Source: Sinorhizobium meliloti
GTDB taxonomy: Bacteria > Pseudomonadota > Alphaproteobacteria > Rhizobiales > Rhizobiaceae
Reading direction: 5' to 3'
Assembly: GCF_017876815.1 (NCBI RefSeq)
Contig: NZ_JAGIOS010000002.1
Coordinates: forward strand, 510,001-542,000
Length of the DNA: 32,000 nt
The notes under the pieces: model-generated
Seen by the model: the letters and a program-made list of their open reading frames with translations, nothing else
What the model was told of the DNA's origin: nothing
Database searches by the model: none
Made by a program: the position numbers and the translations under genes
In this document: positions 27,943 through 32,000 of the stretch, one piece after another
How positions within the stretch are numbered: position 1 is the stretch's first letter
How the letters are laid out: every line of letters begins with the position of its first letter

Positions 27943-30102
27943 CTACATCTCCAAGAGGAAATAGGTGGTCGGCCCGTAGGGCGTGTCGTTCGAGAGACGG
28001 AAAGCAACGCGCCCGCTGCCGCTGTCTACCGGCGGATAAACGGTGCCGTCGAGGCCGACCGGCGACACGCTCCATCTGGCAGCGGTTCGCGACAGTTCGA
28101 GATCGACATAGCCCTTCCGAATTCTCACCGGCAGCGCGCCGAAATCCTCGATCACCTTCTCTTCGCTGTCGCGAAAGATCATGCCGGTGTTCTGCGCATC
28201 GGTTGCAAGGATCAGGAGCAGGCGCCGGCTTTCAGAAAGTTTGCCTTCCGGGTCGATGGCCGAAAGCGCCACGAGGCTGTTCCCCTCCGCCTGTCCGATG
28301 CGCATGAGACCGAGATCGATCGGCTCACGCAGAGAGGAGAAGGCAGCAGCTTCCGTAGCGGGCGTCGAAACGCGGAGCTGCCCTGCCCGGCGGTCGAGGA
28401 GGACCTGTTCCGTATCGCTCTCGTAAAATCCGCTTGCGATATCGGTGCGGTTTTCGGCCGCGAGCATGTGTTCGTCGCGGAGTGCGGCAAGGATCGTTCC
28501 GGCGTCCCGGTCGCGTGGTTGCGTGATACCGGTTTCTCCATCAAACCGGTCTGCCGGAAGCAAGCCAATGCGCCCGACCAGCGCCAGATCGGTCAATCGC
28601 TCCGGCTCGCGGGCCTGCATGTCCTCGCCGAGATCCTCCTCGCCACGAACGGCGAAGGGGATCGTAATGGCGGAGGTCGCCACGTCGCCGCGGCGAAAGA
28701 CGAGTGCGCCGAGCGTCTCGCCGGCGCGCGCCACGGGATCGAGGGCAATCGCATAGGGTAGCATCGCCTTCTTGTGCGGAAAGGGTTCGCCATAGGCGAG
28801 CGCAATCGGCCCGTGGCCGTGACGGCAAAGCACGTCCCAGCCCTGGAGTGCAGCGTAGGCCGGCATTGTCAGCCCTGCCTCGTAGCGATAGCGGTTCCAG
28901 AAGAGATGGTCGTATTCGCTGACGATAAACGGCTTTCCGAGCCACCGCGCCGCGGCGATCATGCGCATGTAGTTGGCGCCGTCGGCAAGCGAACTCACCT
29001 GCGTCAGGGCGCTGCCCGGCGAATAGCCGCCGACCCAATCGTGATAGGTGTTCATCGTCACGGCGCCGAGATCGCGCCGGCTGAGTGCGGTCTGCACCGT
29101 CGGCCAATTATTGTAGGTGCTGATCAGGCCGCGATAACCGAGACCGCGCAGGACCTCGCTCATGCGTGCGGCAGAAGCGCGCTCGGTCTCGACGAAGAAG
29201 GCCTGAAGATCGCGCATGCGCGGACCGTCGGCGTAGCGGTTGGCGGGAAGCCTCACCGTTGCCGTTTCGACCCGCTCGTCGGCGCCGAGATCTCCCCAGG
29301 CACGCGCGAGCGTTTCCGTCGATCCGTAGCGGGCCGAAAGCCAGCGGTTAAAGGGTTTCGCCAACGCCTCGTCATAGGCGGGCCTTTCGGGCCGCTCATG
29401 CACGACGCTGTCGAATTCGATGCCGTTTTCATTGGCAAGGATCACCAGCGCGAGCGCGTCGTCACGGATGGTCGCCGTCCCCGTATAGGGATTGACGCTC
29501 GCGAGAAACTTCTCCTGCAGCTTGCTCCAGTGCGCAACGGCATCTTCGTCGAGATGCAGCCGGAGCTTGAGATCGCCGTTGGCGTCCCATCGGTCGTCAT
29601 GGCCGCCATAGGCGCCGCGCGGGGACGAGAGCCCGTCGATGATCCAGTAGATGCCGTTGCGCTTCAGCGCCGCCAGCAGGTAATGGATGCGATCCAGCGT
29701 CTCCGGATCGAAATCGAAATCCTTCTGCCTGCCGAACATCAGGCTGGCATCGACAAAATGCAGCCGGGCGATGTTGTATCCGTGCATCGCAAGCTGGCGG
29801 GCATAGCGCTCGGCGCCGTCATGGTCCGGAAAACCGCCCGAAGCCGGGCTCCAGGCGAGCGACGCGCATAGCATTCTGACCGGCTGTTCCGGCGCCCTGG
29901 CAAAGGCCAGCCGGCCATCCGGACCTGCGACGAGGCGGCTATCCGCGTCGATCGAAGCGTTCGGCAGCAAGGACGAGAAATCGAGCGGACTGCCGGCGCG
30001 GACTTCGAGCGAGACCTCGCGAACCGGCACCCATTCGGAGGCACTTGTGGCCGGGGCAAGCCAGGTGCAAAGCAGCGCCGCCGCGAGCGATCGCCTCCTC
30101 AT
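27943..30102 (-). CDS. secreted glycoside hydrolase-like protein (GH5/cellulase-fold-like), polysaccharide-associated
   Basis: Signal peptide, a (beta/alpha)8-like region with a LANENG acid/base-type motif, and a later VSEYD motif. 719 aa. Translationally coupled (ATGA) to the upstream GT2 gene. Family assignment is tentative. Confidence 0.6.
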   Translation of the reverse strand: MRRRSLAAALLCTWLAPATSASEWVPVREVSLEVRAGSPLDFSSLLPNASIDADSRLVAGPDGRLAFARAPEQPVRMLCASLAWSPASGGFPDHDGAERYARQLAMHGYNIARLHFVDASLMFGRQKDFDFDPETLDRIHYLLAALKRNGIYWIIDGLSSPRGAYGGHDDRWDANGDLKLRLHLDEDAVAHWSKLQEKFLASVNPYTGTATIRDDALALVILANENGIEFDSVVHERPERPAYDEALAKPFNRWLSARYGSTETLARAWGDLGADERVETATVRLPANRYADGPRMRDLQAFFVETERASAARMSEVLRGLGYRGLISTYNNWPTVQTALSRRDLGAVTMNTYHDWVGGYSPGSALTQVSSLADGANYMRMIAAARWLGKPFIVSEYDHLFWNRYRYEAGLTMPAYAALQGWDVLCRHGHGPIALAYGEPFPHKKAMLPYAIALDPVARAGETLGALVFRRGDVATSAITIPFAVRGEEDLGEDMQAREPERLTDLALVGRIGLLPADRFDGETGITQPRDRDAGTILAALRDEHMLAAENRTDIASGFYESDTEQVLLDRRAGQLRVSTPATEAAAFSSLREPIDLGLMRIGQAEGNSLVALSAIDPEGKLSESRRLLLILATDAQNTGMIFRDSEEKVIEDFGALPVRIRKGYVDLELSRTAARWSVSPVGLDGTVYPPVDSGSGRVAFRLSNDTPYGPTTYFLLEM

Positions 30103-31142
30103 GCCGTCTTTCCGAGGGCCGGTTCACCGAGAGAGGATTCCCCGAGAGAGGGCTTTCCGAGGATCGTGCTTTCGATCGGCTCGGCAGGCAGCCGCCGGCT
30201 TCGCAGGAAGCCTACAGGAAGGGCCGCCGCATGGAAGAACCAGGCGACGACCGTATAGAGACCCATGCTGAGGCCGCCTTTTCGGAAGCTGACGGCAAGA
30301 ACGGCGACCGCGAAACTCGCGCAGACGGCGGCGAGGGCCAGGAGCGTATCAGGCAGCAGCAGGATCAGGCCGAGACAGGCGAGCCACCAGAGATAGATGA
30401 GACCCCAGAGTTTCAGCTCCGGCAGTTCCTGCAGAAGCTGAAAGAAATAGGGCTTGCCGAGAGAAGCGCGCAGTAGCTCGCCGATCCCGTAGAGATATTT
30501 GGTCTTCCAGCGGCGAACGAGCAGCCGGTAGGAATTGACCGTGTGGCCGAAGTGCTGGACGAAACGGCGGTCGAGCCGGTAAAGCCTCCAGCCGGCACTT
30601 CTGAGGCGAATGCCGAGGTCGAATTCCTCGTAGCCGTGCAGGTTGCGGTCCGAGAGGTAGCCGACGTCCTCGATGGCACTGCGCCTGTAGAGCCCGCCGC
30701 CGTTCATGCGGTCGATCGGACCCGTCCGGTTCTCGGGCGCATTGCGGCTGACGCGGCGCGCGAATTCGAGATTCGAGATGTGCATCTCCTCCACATGTCC
30801 GGTAACGCCCGCCATGGTCGGATGGTCGGCAAGGAAGCGGACGGCGTCTTTGAGGAAGGCAGCGTCGAGCAGCATGTCGCCGTCGATGAGACAGACGTAA
30901 TCATGACGGGAATGCTGGAAGCCGAGCTGCGGGCCGATGCCGCAGCTCGGTCGCGCGGGCGGGGCGATCTGTGCGATGATGACGGGATATTGCGAGGCGA
31001 TCTCGACCGTGCGGTCGCAGGAGCCGCTGTCGGCGATGATGACCTCGCCGCCCGTGTCCTGAAGCGCCGCAAGCGCGCTCTCGACGGTTGCGGCAATCCG
31101 CTTCTCTTCATTCAATGTCTTGATGATGATGGATATGGTCAA
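30099..31142 (-). CDS. family 2 glycosyltransferase with C-terminal membrane domain
   Basis: ISIIIKTLNEE...IIADSGSCDRT...LIDGDM (GT-A, DxD) followed by TM helices. Start proposed at the TTG at 31142 (GGGGG upstream), because the longer ORF would overlap the VanZ-like gene. Confidence 0.75.
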   Translation of the reverse strand: MTISIIIKTLNEEKRIAATVESALAALQDTGGEVIIADSGSCDRTVEIASQYPVIIAQIAPPARPSCGIGPQLGFQHSRHDYVCLIDGDMLLDAAFLKDAVRFLADHPTMAGVTGHVEEMHISNLEFARRVSRNAPENRTGPIDRMNGGGLYRRSAIEDVGYLSDRNLHGYEEFDLGIRLRSAGWRLYRLDRRFVQHFGHTVNSYRLLVRRWKTKYLYGIGELLRASLGKPYFFQLLQELPELKLWGLIYLWWLACLGLILLLPDTLLALAAVCASFAVAVLAVSFRKGGLSMGLYTVVAWFFHAAALPVGFLRSRRLPAEPIESTILGKPSLGESSLGEPALGKTA

Positions 31143-31197
31143 GAGAGCCCCCAAAATCGTGCAGCGAAAATCTATCCGCGGTAGTTTGCGCTTTGGT

Positions 31198-31560
31198 TCA
31201 TGCCCGCGATTTTCGGCTGGAACCGGGCAAAAGGCTGACAAGCAGCCAACCGGCGCCGACACCGCAGCCGGCCCCCGCCACTTTGACCGCAAGGTCTATC
31301 AACCGGGCATGGCGGTCGGCGGCGAGCATCTGCGTGAGTTCCAGCCCGATTGCCGCCGCGAGCATAGCCGCCAGAACGGCGAGCACGTGCCGGGGATAGG
31401 CGATCGCGAACATGAGACCCGTCAGCCCGAATGCCCCGAACCGTTCAATCTGCACCGAGCTGCCCATGTGCGGGCGCAGATCGAGCGGAGAGAGGGTCGA
31501 ATAGGCAATGACGCCAAGAAGGAGCCACGCAAGAACGGATGCGATGCGCCTGGCATTCAT
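31198..31560 (-). CDS. VanZ-like family membrane protein
   Basis: 120-aa, 4-TM protein with a VanZ-like pattern (...FGAFGLTGLMFAIAY...ELTQMLAADRHARLIDL). ATGA overlap with the upstream GT4 gene. Confidence 0.55.
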   Translation of the reverse strand: MNARRIASVLAWLLLGVIAYSTLSPLDLRPHMGSSVQIERFGAFGLTGLMFAIAYPRHVLAVLAAMLAAAIGLELTQMLAADRHARLIDLAVKVAGAGCGVGAGWLLVSLLPGSSRKSRA

Positions 31561-32000
31561 TTCGTCACGGCCCGGTAAACGTCTAGCGTCTTCAGTGCCA
31601 CGCTCGACCAGCTATAGACGGCTTCGACGCGCTCGGTCTGCGCGAGCACCTCTTGTTCGTCGGGGGGATTGGCGATCTTTTCGGCTATGGCAGAGGAAAG
31701 CGCGTCGACGTTCCCCAGCGGAAAATAATCGCCGGCGGGCAGGCCGAGCTGCCGGTTGGCAACGATGTCGCTTGCCAGAACCGGGAGGCCATGGGCCATC
31801 GCCTCCAGAAGCGCGATCGGCATGCCTTCGTGGCTCGACGGCAGCACGAAGAGCGCCGCATTGGCGAAGAGTTCCGCCAGGCGATCGCCGGTCTGGAACC
31901 CCGTCAGGACGACGCCCGGCACGCGGCTGGCCAGCGCCCGTACCTCCTCTTCGTAGACGCCCGCGAATTCCGCACCGCCCGCAAGCACGAGATCGAATCC
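31557..32000 (-). CDS. family 4 (GT-B) glycosyltransferase, partial (N-terminus beyond the window)
   Basis: C-terminal GT1/GT4 signature: FVLPSSHEGMPIALLEAMAHGLPVLASD. The reading frame is still open at position 32000. Confidence 0.8.
   Translation of the reverse strand, partial: GFDLVLAGGAEFAGVYEEEVRALASRVPGVVLTGFQTGDRLAELFANAALFVLPSSHEGMPIALLEAMAHGLPVLASDIVANRQLGLPAGDYFPLGNVDALSSAIAEKIANPPDEQEVLAQTERVEAVYSWSSVALKTLDVYRAVTK

Overview
High-GC alphaproteobacterial (Rhizobiaceae-type) accessory DNA. From memory, the order ECF sigma / MFS / cyoABCD-SURF1 / lrp-ocd resembles Sinorhizobium (Ensifer) meliloti pSymB around rpoE5; this is unverified. Confident content: a DUF475/TerC-like membrane protein; four DUF982 paralogs (three in tandem); a low-affinity iron permease-like protein; an SDR; a decayed mazEF-type toxin-antitoxin pair; a class C-like group II intron sitting just after a terminator hairpin, with a frameshifted RT/maturase; a CBS-domain protein; a DUF1236 protein; an ECF sigma factor; DUF3008; an MHS-type MFS transporter; cyoABCD plus SURF1; DUF992; a DUF922 Zn-protease; lrp-ocd; a serralysin-like RTX metalloprotease; an RND adaptor/pump pair; and a polysaccharide operon (GT4, VanZ-like, GT2, GH5-like hydrolase). 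I saw no rRNA, tRNA or CRISPR. The main hunt result is that the 2-11.4 kb segment looks like a general-stress-response (EcfG/RpoE2-type) island. Seven GGAAC-N16/17-NGTT motifs, two of them perfect GGAAC-N16-CGTT, lie in intergenic DNA in the correct orientation just upstream of small uncharacterised genes (DUF982, CBS, DUF1236, DUF3008, a protein with an EDTFPASDP motif). The same segment holds an ECF sigma gene, a 52-aa NepR-like ORF that is too short for the ORF track, and a candidate ~110-nt sRNA whose terminator is the intron insertion site. All promoter, sRNA and regulon claims are inferences from sequence motifs.
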